Below are positions 48,583 through 57,873 of a DNA stretch of 64,000 nucleotides, in pieces. Position 1 is the first letter of the stretch; each line of letters begins with the position of its first letter. The DNA is taken from contig CAWJZV010000006.1 of NCBI GenBank assembly GCA_963847445.1, positions 32,001 through 96,000 of the forward strand. The letters are read 5' to 3'. The translations under genes were made by a program, and so were the position numbers. The DNA is from an uncultured delta proteobacterium. GTDB taxonomy: Bacteria > Desulfobacterota > Binatia > UBA9968. The notes under the pieces are model-generated. The model searched no databases and was not told the origin of the DNA. It saw nothing but the letters and a program-made list of their open reading frames with translations.

Positions 48583-49947
48583 ATGAAACGCGATTTACCT
48601 ACTGTCATTTCCGAACTTAAGAGCGCCAAAGGACCGCGGCTGTTGCTGCTTTTTGGCGACGATCTGCAAGTGCAAGAAACTTGCAAGCAGGTGGTCGATA
48701 CTTTGGTGCCGGAAGATCAAAGAGGTTTTAACTTCGAACGCTTCGATGGCCGGACGGTGAGCTGGGATCAAGTGGAGGGCTCGCTGATGACGCCGCCATT
48801 TTTTCCCGGCAAGAAAGTCTTGTGGGTGGAAAATGCGCCGTACTTCTTCTCGCGTGGGCAAAAAGGCGAGATGGGCGAAAAGATCCTCGATCTCTGGCGC
48901 GAGGGGCGGCGTGACGACGCCGCCAAATTGCTGGCGGATCTTTTAATTGTCGAAGGCTGGACTCAGGAGCGCTGGGAGCGGCTTGACGTAGCGGCGTCAA
49001 GTGAGCTCGTAGGGCTCCTCGATGCCGACGGCAGTGCGGCACTGGAGGACGCCGGCGCGCTGCTGGCTTATGTCAAGAGCCGCGACCTTGATCTGAGCAA
49101 ACGCAAAGGCGCCGACAGCCATCGCTTGGGCGAGTTTTTGGATGGCAAGTTGCCGGAATGGGCATTTTTGCTGCTCTCCGCGGTACAAGTCGACCGGCGG
49201 ACAAAACTATTCAAACGTTTCGAAGAATTGGGCGTGGCATTGTTTCTCGGCTTGGAACGTGATCGTTACGGCAAAGTCGATCGCGACAGTCTGCTCAACT
49301 TCATCTCCCAACGGCTACGCCAGGCGGGCAAGAATATCGAGCCCCAGGCTCGCGACATGATCGTCGCCCGCGCCGGCGACGATCTCCGAACTTTGCAACA
49401 GGAGCTCGACAAGCTGCTACTTTATGCCGCCGAGCGGCCGGCAATTCAGCCTCAGGATGTTGAGGCGGTGGTTGCCGACCATGGCGAAGGCTGGATTTTC
49501 GATCTCACCCGCGCTATCGGTGACCGCGATGCCTTGGGCGCGCTCGGGCAACTGTCCCGGCTGATGGGCCAGGGCGAGCATCCGTTAAAAATATTGGGCA
49601 CCATCGCCGGCGAAGTGCGCCGTCTGCTCGCTGCCCGGCAGCTTTTGGACGGCGACCTGCGGCCACATTGGAAACGCGGCATCAGCTACCAGCAATTTCA
49701 GCAGATCGCCGCCAAGCAGGGAACCGCGGTGCTGACGCGCAGTCCCTACGCCGACTATATGTGCTTTCAACGGGCCGAACGGTTCGCCATGGCGGAACTC
49801 GTCCTCCATATGGAATCCTTGTTCGACGCCGACCTGCGGCTCAAGTCGAGCGGCGGCCAACCGCGGTTGGTGATGGAAAAGCTGATTCTCGGCATGTGTC
49901 TGACCGCCCGCCGCAATCAACCGCAAAGCGTCGTTCCAGCAAGGTAA
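48583..49947 (+). CDS. holA: DNA polymerase III subunit delta
   Basis: LLLFGDD, FNFERFDG, PFF..KK, DRRTKLFK, GDDL..L.QELDKL..Y, IFDL..AI, D..LKSSG. Confidence 0.85.
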   Translation: MKRDLPTVISELKSAKGPRLLLLFGDDLQVQETCKQVVDTLVPEDQRGFNFERFDGRTVSWDQVEGSLMTPPFFPGKKVLWVENAPYFFSRGQKGEMGEKILDLWREGRRDDAAKLLADLLIVEGWTQERWERLDVAASSELVGLLDADGSAALEDAGALLAYVKSRDLDLSKRKGADSHRLGEFLDGKLPEWAFLLLSAVQVDRRTKLFKRFEELGVALFLGLERDRYGKVDRDSLLNFISQRLRQAGKNIEPQARDMIVARAGDDLRTLQQELDKLLLYAAERPAIQPQDVEAVVADHGEGWIFDLTRAIGDRDALGALGQLSRLMGQGEHPLKILGTIAGEVRRLLAARQLLDGDLRPHWKRGISYQQFQQIAAKQGTAVLTRSPYADYMCFQRAERFAMAELVLHMESLFDADLRLKSSGGQPRLVMEKLILGMCLTARRNQPQSVVPAR

Positions 49948-49949
49948 CT

Positions 49950-50484
49950 ATGCTTCGCCTACTTGCCGCGCAGCTGCTTTGGCTCACCCTTGTTCCCTCA
50001 GCCTGCGTGGCTGAAATGGTCGTGCAGGCTTGTTTCAGCCCCCAGGGCAAATGCTCGACGCATATCCTGCGCGAGATCGACCAGGCAAAAAAAGAGTTGC
50101 TCGTGGCGGTCTACGCGTTTACCAACGATGACCTTGCCAGCGCGCTGGTGCAGGCGAAAAAACGCGGCGTCGCGGTGCAGGTGGTGATCGACCGCGACTT
50201 CGACACCCGCACGGAAAATTCCAAGGGAAAGTATTTCGAAGCGCATAAAATACCGTTGCGCCGGCTTTCAGGCACCAAATCCAAACAGCCAGGAGCGCGA
50301 GGCCGGCTTGATGCACCAAAAATTCGCCGTCATCGACCGCAAGACTGTTTTTACCGGTTCGTACAACTGGACCCACTCGGCGGAAAACACTAACGACGAA
50401 AATCTGCTGCTCTTTCGTAACGCCGGGCCGCTCGCCGAGGACTATCGCCAAGCTTTCTTGCGCCTGTGGGAGAGGAAGCCGTAA
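49950..50484 (+). CDS. Phospholipase D/Nuc-family endonuclease (frameshift near 50290)
   Basis: FSP.G, LVAVYAFT, then MHQKFAVID...TGSYNWT.SA...N.EN (HxKxxxxD) in the next frame. Confidence 0.85.
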
Positions 50485-51027
50485 ATGAGTCGCGCGGCGG
50501 GAACGGGTTTGCTCATCGTGCTGGCTTTCGCCGCTGGCCTTCTCACTCATGGTTTGTACCAACGCTGGAATCCACCGGCCAGCGACGCACCGCCGGCAAG
50601 GGTTTCACGGGCAGATTTGCTTGGCGCATCCACCGCGGTGCCAGGGCAAGCGCATCGGGTGACATACCTGCCGCTGGGCGAGCCGGCGGCGCAAGCGGAG
50701 CAGGCAGCCGAAGTTCCAACTTTAGCGGCCAGGGATGTGGAGAAAATTCGCTCGCTTACCGGCAAACCAGCCCGGGTACGTGGCCGGGTATTTCGCGTCG
50801 GCCATTCAGCCAAGAGCAATACTTATTTTCTTAACTTCGGCCCATCGCGGGAGGCGCTGACCGCAGTGATTTTTGCTTCGGCGCTCGAACTATTTGAAAA
50901 GAACCAGTTGGCGCCGAGGAATTTTGAGAATAAAGAAATTGAAATCACGGGCCAGATCAAAGACCACCCGCAGTATGGCTTGGAGATAATTCTCGAGAAC
51001 CCGCAGCAGGTCAAGATTCTCCAATAG
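50485..51027 (+). CDS. Membrane-anchored OB-fold nucleic-acid-binding-like protein
   Basis: N-terminal TM; VRGRV...FLNFG...TAVIF...EITGQI. Confidence 0.7.
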   Translation: MSRAAGTGLLIVLAFAAGLLTHGLYQRWNPPASDAPPARVSRADLLGASTAVPGQAHRVTYLPLGEPAAQAEQAAEVPTLAARDVEKIRSLTGKPARVRGRVFRVGHSAKSNTYFLNFGPSREALTAVIFASALELFEKNQLAPRNFENKEIEITGQIKDHPQYGLEIILENPQQVKILQ

Positions 51028-51065
51028 TTATTGATCAGGGTCGCCAATAGAGGAAAGGTGCCGTG

Positions 51066-51245
51066 ATGAGCGAAGCCGCTAAAAAATGTATGATCTGTGC
51101 AAAACCTTCCGAGGCTTTGAAGGGCGGCATTTGCCAGCCCTGCCAAGAGCGCATCCGCCGCGAGGCTTTGGGCGAGCAGGCCGGTGTTGCCGACCGCGCC
51201 GAGCGGGAAATCTCGCGCCAGGGAATCGCGCCGATTAAAAAGTAA
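51066..51245 (+). CDS. Small zinc-ribbon protein
   Basis: CMIC...CQPC; GAAAGG RBS. Confidence 0.65.
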   Translation: MSEAAKKCMICAKPSEALKGGICQPCQERIRREALGEQAGVADRAEREISRQGIAPIKK

Positions 51246-51311
51246 TCGACAGATCCGCTGTAATGTCGTGCCAGTGCCCGCAACCGGGATTCCGCAGTTT
51301 AAATTAACCCG

Positions 51312-51512
51312 GGAAAGGGGCAAGCCCGCCGCCGTGATGCGAACGGGCCTGTCTCTAAGTATTTGACCATGGTGGGTCCGGTTAGCGAGTAGGGCAGCGC
51401 AAGCATTGACCTAAAGTTGGGTCGCTTCAACTCTCTGGGTTTACCCGGGCGATTGCCGTTTCCCCACTGGTGGATTTCGGGGTCAATTGCTACGACTCCC
51501 TCCACGCGGCGA
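51312..51512 (+). ncRNA. ssrS: Probable 6S RNA
   Basis: About 190-nt rod: CGCCGTG/CACGCGGCG closing stem, TTGACC/GGTCAA and GTGGG/CCCAC helices. GATGCGAACGGGCCTGTCTCTAAG resembles the 5' arm of enterobacterial 6S as recalled. Confidence 0.65.
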
Positions 51513-51679
51513 TAGCGGCCAGTGCAAATTCTAGTTTTTAGCTGTCCTCATTGCCAAGGACATGTTATAAAACAATATTATCAGATTGCTGAGCGAGAAC
51601 CTTCTGGCTTGGCTTCTAATTAGCGATTGAGAGGTTAAAGGTTCTGCGCTGCCGTCAACTATTTTCTGCCGCGATTAGC

Positions 51680-52852
51680 TTGGCTATTCTGGTTGTTCTC
51701 GTTTCGATCACGCCGCTCTGGTCGTTTACCCCGGAGGACGATCTGACGGCGAAGTCCGCGCTGCTGATGGATGCCGCCACGGGCAGGATCCTGTTTCAAA
51801 AAGAGGCCGACCTGCGGTTACCGCCTGCAAGCACGACCAAGGTGATGACCGCCATTCTGGCTTTAGAAAGCGGCCGCAAGCTCAGCGAAAACCTGACGGT
51901 ATCTAAAGACGCCACGCGCGTGCCGCCTTCCAAGTTGTACTTGCGCCCTGGGCAGACGCTGCCCATCGAAGAGCTGCTCTATGCCATCATGCTCGCTTCG
52001 GCCAATGACGCCAGTGTGGTCTTGGCCGAAGGGATCGGCGGATCGGTGGAACGCTATACCGATCTCATGACCAAAAAAGCCCATAGTTTGGGTGCCACCA
52101 ACAGTCATTTTACCAACCCTCATGGTCTGACGGCGCCGGACCATTATTCGACGACGCGCGATCTGGCGACGATTTTTCGCTACGCCATGAAGATTCCGCT
52201 GTTTCGTGAAATCGTCCAGACCAAATTCAGCTCGGTGAACTCGCTGGCGGTGATAAAAAAGAAAGTCGTGCCGCGCCGCATCTCGGTGCGCAATCATAAC
52301 CGGCTGTTATGGGACTACGAAGGCGCTCTGGGAGGCAAGACTGGTTACACCCACGCGGCGCAACGTTGTTATGTCGGCGCGGTGCAGCGCGACGGCGCGA
52401 CACTGATCGTGGCGATCTTGGGCGCCACCAATATGTGGAGCGACGCCAAACACCTGCTCGCATACGGCTTTGACAATTACGAGACCCTCAAGTCCGCGTC
52501 GCAGACCACGCAAAAGCCGGTATTCAGCGAAGGCTCGTCACGCCAACGGATCTCGACGGTCATCCTACCCGGCGATAATCCGCGGCCTAAATCTCTCGAC
52601 GGCTTCGTATTGCAAGTCGGTTCGTTCCGCGAACGGGAACGCGCCGAATTGCTGTCACGGCAGATTAACGAGCTGGGTTTCGACGCGTTTATCGATGTCG
52701 CCGAGGCGGGCCGGAACGAAGCCGCCTATCGCGTCCAGGTGGGCCCCTATGCCGAACTGGTGGCCGCTCAGGAAGTCGCTCAAGTCCTCCTCGCCAAAAA
52801 CGGCCAGCGGTCATTGATCCGGCAATTCCCGGCAGCGCGCGAGGGCAGCTGA
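51680..52852 (+). CDS. D-alanyl-D-alanine carboxypeptidase (S11) with C-terminal SPOR domain
   Basis: ASTTK (SxxK), SAN (SxN), KTG; LQVGSF...YRVQVGPY. Confidence 0.92.
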   Translation: MAILVVLVSITPLWSFTPEDDLTAKSALLMDAATGRILFQKEADLRLPPASTTKVMTAILALESGRKLSENLTVSKDATRVPPSKLYLRPGQTLPIEELLYAIMLASANDASVVLAEGIGGSVERYTDLMTKKAHSLGATNSHFTNPHGLTAPDHYSTTRDLATIFRYAMKIPLFREIVQTKFSSVNSLAVIKKKVVPRRISVRNHNRLLWDYEGALGGKTGYTHAAQRCYVGAVQRDGATLIVAILGATNMWSDAKHLLAYGFDNYETLKSASQTTQKPVFSEGSSRQRISTVILPGDNPRPKSLDGFVLQVGSFRERERAELLSRQINELGFDAFIDVAEAGRNEAAYRVQVGPYAELVAAQEVAQVLLAKNGQRSLIRQFPAAREGS

Positions 52853-52865
52853 GCGAGAGCGCTGA

Positions 52866-53600
52866 CTAAAGCTCAAGCACCATCCCATCGTCGGCAACCA
52901 CAGCCGATATTTCATTTCTACGCGATAGCATTTCTTCGCCCAGGTGGGTGAGGACGAGCTGCTTGCAGCGCAAACGGTCGAGGTTGGCTGTTATGGCCTG
53001 ATAGTTGACATGCATGCCGGGCTGCTCGCTAAAAAACGAACATTCGCAGAGAAACAAATCGACGCCGCGGGCGTGCTCGATGAAACTCTCGGTCCACAGC
53101 GAATCGCCGGAAAACAAAATCTGTTTGCCGTCATAGCCGACCTTCAAGGCTAACGAAATCTCGTCGGTTTGGTGCGGCACGCGAAAAGGCACGACTTCAA
53201 TGCCGTTGACGTTAGCCGGTTCGTCAGGATGCAAGACCATAAAGCGCGTCGGCGGAATCTCCTTGTCATTGGTCGTCCCGCCATACATCAATTGGAACAG
53301 CGCGCGGACTTTCACTTCCGTCCCCGGCGGGCCGGCAATCACCAGCGGTTCGAGTCTGGGCCGGAGATACAAATACTCGATGAAGAAAAATGCAATGCCG
53401 CCGAAATGATCGCCATGCAAATGGCTCAGAAGGATCGTATCGATGCGCCGTGGATCGAAGCCGGCGCGCTTGAGCGCCAATAAAGTCGTCGGCCCGCAGT
53501 CGAGCAGAAATATCTTGTCCGCAGTTTCGACAAGGTAGCCGCTCTGATTGCGCCCGCCGCTGCCAAAGGCATCGCCGCAGCCGAGAATGTGCAGTTTCAT
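52866..53600 (-). CDS. MBL-fold metallo-hydrolase (RNase Z/BN-like)
   Basis: LGCGDAFGSGG, SHLHGDHFGG, FSGD, LTH. Confidence 0.9.
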   Translation of the reverse strand: MKLHILGCGDAFGSGGRNQSGYLVETADKIFLLDCGPTTLLALKRAGFDPRRIDTILLSHLHGDHFGGIAFFFIEYLYLRPRLEPLVIAGPPGTEVKVRALFQLMYGGTTNDKEIPPTRFMVLHPDEPANVNGIEVVPFRVPHQTDEISLALKVGYDGKQILFSGDSLWTESFIEHARGVDLFLCECSFFSEQPGMHVNYQAITANLDRLRCKQLVLTHLGEEMLSRRNEISAVVADDGMVLEL

Positions 53601-53738
53601 ACTGGCAGTTGAACTTCTCTACACCGTACCTAACATCGCAACTGGCGCGTTAGCAATGCCCTGTGGTGACCATCGCTGCTCGTTCGTTGCCCCAGCGATA
53701 AGTTGCTTTTTCCCTAGCGTGCGACTAAAGTTGCCGTC

Positions 53739-54191
53739 GTGGCAGAAGTCAAGCGGCCGTTTTTCACCTCTTATAGCACTAGCCTTTGGGTTCGTTTTCT
53801 CCGTTTTGGTTTGCATTCGCACAAGAAGCTTGAGGACGACTTGCAAGAATTAGGGCTGACACCGCCGCAATTCTACGTGCTGGCGACCATCGGCTATGCT
53901 GGCAGCCTGCCCTTCGGCGAGATCGGCGCGAAAATGTTGGTGACGGTGAGCAATCTCACCGGCATCGTCGACCGGCTTGAGGGTAAAAAATTCGTCGCGC
54001 GCAGGCGTGACGAGAGGGACCGCCGGGTCGTCCATGTGATGCTGACCGACAGGGGCGCCAAACTTTACAAGAGCACGATTCCGTTATTCGAAAAATGCGT
54101 CGGCGAAATCTTCGCCGGGCTGAGCAAGGCCGAGCAGAAACAGCTGTCGGCGCTGCTGCGGCAGCTCGATCATGAACCCGTGGCGAAGTAA
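53739..54191 (+). CDS. MarR family transcriptional regulator
   Basis: GLTPPQFYVL, TGIVDRLE, R.RD.RDRR...V.LT..G. Confidence 0.93.
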   Translation: MAEVKRPFFTSYSTSLWVRFLRFGLHSHKKLEDDLQELGLTPPQFYVLATIGYAGSLPFGEIGAKMLVTVSNLTGIVDRLEGKKFVARRRDERDRRVVHVMLTDRGAKLYKSTIPLFEKCVGEIFAGLSKAEQKQLSALLRQLDHEPVAK

Positions 54192-54287
54192 CCGACGGGC
54201 GGCGATGCACGCGCCGTAATCTCTCAATATCGATCTGGGTATTCATTCTTTAGAAGGCGGAGGTCAGACGGATGATGCGCCGTTTGA

Positions 54288-54331
54288 TTGACACCGAATA
54301 TGGGCAAGTTATAACAGTTTATACTTTAACT
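54288..54331 (+). promoter_or_regulatory. sigma70 promoter with adjacent AT-rich inverted repeat (candidate MarR operator)
   Basis: TTGACA (54288)-16 nt-TATAAC (54310); AGTT-N8-AACT at 54316-54331 over the predicted start site. Confidence 0.6.
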
Positions 54332-54354
54332 AATTTTCTTCGGCGTTAATTTTC

Positions 54355-55569
54355 ATGGCAGACGAAAACAACAAACCGCTGGGACTCGAACGAGTTAAAA
54401 AATGGCTTTATGCCAAGGGACTCGACGAGCGCAGCAGCGGCTGTGTGCTTTGCGGGTCGTGCTATGGCCATGGGCCGGCCAATCCGATGGAGGATGTGCC
54501 TGGGCCGAAAGAAAAATGTCCACCCTATGAGTACTACAAATTTCAGCGTCACACGCCGAAATCGCGCTGGCTGATGGCGCAGCGGGTGTTTCATGGTCTC
54601 GATCCGATCACGCCGGAGCTGAAAGAGGTAATGTACGCCTGCACAAACTGTCTGATGTGCCAGGAACTCTGCGGCGTGCGCGGCGATGGTTACGGGCCAT
54701 GGGATATCACCGTGGCGATGCGCGAGGAAATCACCGAAAAAGACGGTCCGTTGCCGGCGCACCGGCCGATTTACAATGGACTCCAACAACATGACAGTCC
54801 TTGGGGGCAAACCACGCGCGGCGCATGGGCCGCAGGCTTGGGACTAAAACAACTCAGCGACGGCAAAGCCTCGACGCTACTATTCGCCGGCTGTTCGGCG
54901 GAACGCGCCAGCGGCAAGAGCGGCGCCATCGCACTGGCCAAGTTGATGCAAAAAGCCGGTGAGGATTTCGCGATACTCGGCGATCGGGAAAAATGCTGCG
55001 GCCTGTACGCCTTCGATCTCGGTTTCCGCCGCGAGTATGAACGTTTGAAAGACACCAATTTGGCGACGTTGACGCAAGCGGGCGTCAAGAAAGTGGTCGT
55101 CGCTTGCGGCAGTTGCCAACGCATCTGGCGCGAGTACGCCAAAGAAGCGCAAGGCTTTGAAGTTATCCATGGAGTCGAGTTTGTCGCCCAGGCGCTCCAA
55201 GCCGGCCAGCTCAAATTTACCAAGCCGATCGCCAAGAAAGTAACTTACCACGATTCTTGTCACCTCGGCCGCGGCTGCGGGGTTTACGATCCGCCGCGGC
55301 AAATTCTCCGGGCGATTCCTGGCCTGCAACTGGTCGAGATGGAGCGCAACCGGCGCTGGGCTTGGTGTTGCGGCGGCGGTGGCGGCGTGCCCGAAGCCGA
55401 TCCCGATTTAGCCCAGTGGAACGCGACGGACCGCATGCGCGAAGCGCATGCCAGCGGCGCCGAACTGATGCTGACATCGAGCGCGCTGTGCCAACGGTCC
55501 TTCGGCGAGTTGCCCGATGGCGGGCTGCCGACCGAAGATTTACTCGAATTTATTTTACCGGCGCTTTGA
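54355..55569 (+). CDS. Fe-S oxidoreductase, GlpC/HdrD-like (4Fe-4S motifs plus CCG domains)
   Basis: CVLCGSC, CTNCLMCQELC, FAGC, EKCCG, ACGSC, YHDSCHLGR, CCGGGGG. Confidence 0.9.
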   Translation: MADENNKPLGLERVKKWLYAKGLDERSSGCVLCGSCYGHGPANPMEDVPGPKEKCPPYEYYKFQRHTPKSRWLMAQRVFHGLDPITPELKEVMYACTNCLMCQELCGVRGDGYGPWDITVAMREEITEKDGPLPAHRPIYNGLQQHDSPWGQTTRGAWAAGLGLKQLSDGKASTLLFAGCSAERASGKSGAIALAKLMQKAGEDFAILGDREKCCGLYAFDLGFRREYERLKDTNLATLTQAGVKKVVVACGSCQRIWREYAKEAQGFEVIHGVEFVAQALQAGQLKFTKPIAKKVTYHDSCHLGRGCGVYDPPRQILRAIPGLQLVEMERNRRWAWCCGGGGGVPEADPDLAQWNATDRMREAHASGAELMLTSSALCQRSFGELPDGGLPTEDLLEFILPAL

Positions 55570-55581
55570 TTTTTCAATCTT

Positions 55582-56316
55582 ATGGTTAAAGAACCGCACT
55601 TCACACCGCAACGGATGCTCAATATGCTCGGGCTCAAGCCGAACTCGCTCGGCCCCTACGCGCTGGTCCCCGGTCCGAAGGAACGCAGTGAGATGATGTT
55701 GAAACTCTTGGACGAGCCGCAAAAGAGTTTCACTTTCCTCGACTACGAGATGCACACCGGCGGGCTCGACGGCAAGCGCGTCAGCATCGGTAACGGCGGC
55801 CGCTACGCGCCGGACACGGCGATTACCACCGAAATTCTTTGCGGCGCCGGCGCGGAATCTTTGATCCGTGTCGGCAGCTGCGGTTCGCTGCAAGACCACG
55901 TCAAGATCGGCGACCTGGTGATCGTCACCGGCGCCCTGCGCGGCGACGGCACCTCGCGCTACTATGTCGCCGAGAATTTTTCCACTGTGGCTAACGCTAG
56001 TATTGTCGTAGCCTTGAAGCGGGCGGCGGAGGATTTAAAAGTCCGTTATCATCTTGGCTGGATCTTCACCACCGATGCATTGTTTCAAGAGACGCCGGAA
56101 CTGATCGACCAACTGAACCAGCAAAACGTTGCGAGCATCGACATGGTGACCTCAACCTTCTTGACCATCGCCCAGGTGCGCGGCAAAAAAGCCGGCGCGG
56201 TGCTGGCGGTGTCGGATGAATGTCTCTATGGCAAGTTCGGCTTTCGCGATCCGGTGTTTTTCGCAGCCGAGCAAAAGACCATCGAAGTGGCGCGCCAAGC
56301 ACTCCAATACCTTTAG
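55582..56316 (+). CDS. Nucleoside phosphorylase (PNP/UDP NP-I family)
   Basis: LVPG...R, IRVGSCGSL, GDGTS..Y, TTDALF.E, IDM, LAVSD. Confidence 0.88.
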   Translation: MVKEPHFTPQRMLNMLGLKPNSLGPYALVPGPKERSEMMLKLLDEPQKSFTFLDYEMHTGGLDGKRVSIGNGGRYAPDTAITTEILCGAGAESLIRVGSCGSLQDHVKIGDLVIVTGALRGDGTSRYYVAENFSTVANASIVVALKRAAEDLKVRYHLGWIFTTDALFQETPELIDQLNQQNVASIDMVTSTFLTIAQVRGKKAGAVLAVSDECLYGKFGFRDPVFFAAEQKTIEVARQALQYL

Positions 56317-56342
56317 CCATCTCTTTTCATTGAGCTAAGAAA

Positions 56343-57860
56343 ATGAGCGTCGTCCAAAGTCCGCTGTTTGAACCGGTTCTATGGCACGATGGCGGCTTCA
56401 AGATTCTCGATGAGATTCAAGTCCCGCAAAAACTCGAGTACATTGAAGTGACTGAGGTCGTCCAGGCGCTCGATGCCGTGCGCGAAATGAGGACCCGCGC
56501 CTACGGCCAGGTGCTGACCTTTCTCTACAGCAATGCGCTGGTGGCGCAGCAATACCCGGGCGATGACCCGGCGCCGCTGCGCCTGCGGTTGGCGCAGTTA
56601 ACCCAGCAATTTTGCGACGTCCGTCCGACCTTCGATTTTCGCAGTCTCGGCGGTTGCGTCGCTGAGTTTTTCGACAAGTTACCGGCTAATGGCCCAGTCG
56701 GCGAAACTATCGCGCGCCAGGCGCGGGAGTTCGGCGGTCAAATCACCCGGGCGCGCAGCGCCCGCGCTAAACGCACCGCTGCGATCCTGCCCAATCCGGC
56801 GCGGGTGTTGACCCATTGTAACATCAGCGGCGAATTGGTCGCGGTGGCTGCTTACTGCAAAGAGCTCGGCAAAGAGTTTTCTGTCATCGCCACCGAAACC
56901 CGGCCGTACTTGCAGGGCGCGCGGCTGACCGCCTGGGAGCTGGCTCAAGCTGGCGTGCAAGTATCATTGATCCCCGACTGTGCGGTGGCGCAGGTGATGG
57001 CCCAGGGCGAAGTCAACGCGGTGATCGTCGGCGCCGACCGGGTGGCGCAAAACGGCGATGTCATCAACAAAGTCGGCACCTACCCCATCGCGCGCATGGC
57101 CAAAGTGTACGGCGTGCCGTTTCACGCATTGGTGCAAGATCCGCGTTCGCTCACGCGCGGCGCCGATGTGGCCATCGAAGAGCGGCCGGCCGAGGAACTA
57201 TTAGTCTACCATGGCCGCGCATTGGTCGCCGGCGAGCAAGCGCATCTCAAAGTGCGCTATCCATCGTTCGATCTGACGCCGGAAGAGTTTATCACCAACT
57301 ATGTCGGCCTGGACGGTCTCTATACACCGGCAACCTTTCGGCTGAAATACCAGGCGGGAGCCGCGGTTGATGCGAGGGTGGCGCGCGCCGGCGCAAAATA
57401 TTTGCTGATCTACGGCGTGCCGCCGCCGAGCCAATACGCTTTTTTGCTCAGCGCGTTGAAGGCGGAGAGAGCTGAGAGCTTTTTGGTTCCCGAAATGCGC
57501 CCGGAGCTGTGGGGCGCGCGTTTGATCGTAGCAGAATTGCTCAAGCGCAATGCCCCGACCACGGTGATTTCCGACAACATGATGGGCACGTTGTTCGCGC
57601 AGGGAGAGATTGGCAAGTTATGCTTTTTCTATGACAACTTGGCGGCCGCGGGACCGCAAGGGATTTGCGGTTCGCTCTTGGCGGTGCAGCTAGCGCATTT
57701 GCATGGTGTCCCCATCGAGCTGTTTAGCGGCGAGGGTCGCAAAGAATCGACTCATGATAGCGACGTCACGACCTTTCTCGGTGAGCCGATTTGTCCGGCC
57801 GGAGTCGCGGTACGAGCAGTCGGGTCGGAAGCGGTGCCCTGGGGTTTATTCAAAAATTAG
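56343..57860 (+). CDS. MtnA-like ribose-1-phosphate isomerase (eIF-2B fold) with an extra degenerate C-terminal copy of the fold
   Basis: LTHCN, ETRPYLQGARLTAWEL, VGADRVAQNGDVINKVGTY, IEER; second copy EMRPELWGARL..EL, ISDNMMG. Confidence 0.88.
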   Translation: MSVVQSPLFEPVLWHDGGFKILDEIQVPQKLEYIEVTEVVQALDAVREMRTRAYGQVLTFLYSNALVAQQYPGDDPAPLRLRLAQLTQQFCDVRPTFDFRSLGGCVAEFFDKLPANGPVGETIARQAREFGGQITRARSARAKRTAAILPNPARVLTHCNISGELVAVAAYCKELGKEFSVIATETRPYLQGARLTAWELAQAGVQVSLIPDCAVAQVMAQGEVNAVIVGADRVAQNGDVINKVGTYPIARMAKVYGVPFHALVQDPRSLTRGADVAIEERPAEELLVYHGRALVAGEQAHLKVRYPSFDLTPEEFITNYVGLDGLYTPATFRLKYQAGAAVDARVARAGAKYLLIYGVPPPSQYAFLLSALKAERAESFLVPEMRPELWGARLIVAELLKRNAPTTVISDNMMGTLFAQGEIGKLCFFYDNLAAAGPQGICGSLLAVQLAHLHGVPIELFSGEGRKESTHDSDVTTFLGEPICPAGVAVRAVGSEAVPWGLFKN

Positions 57861-57873
57861 CTAAGGTTTACCT

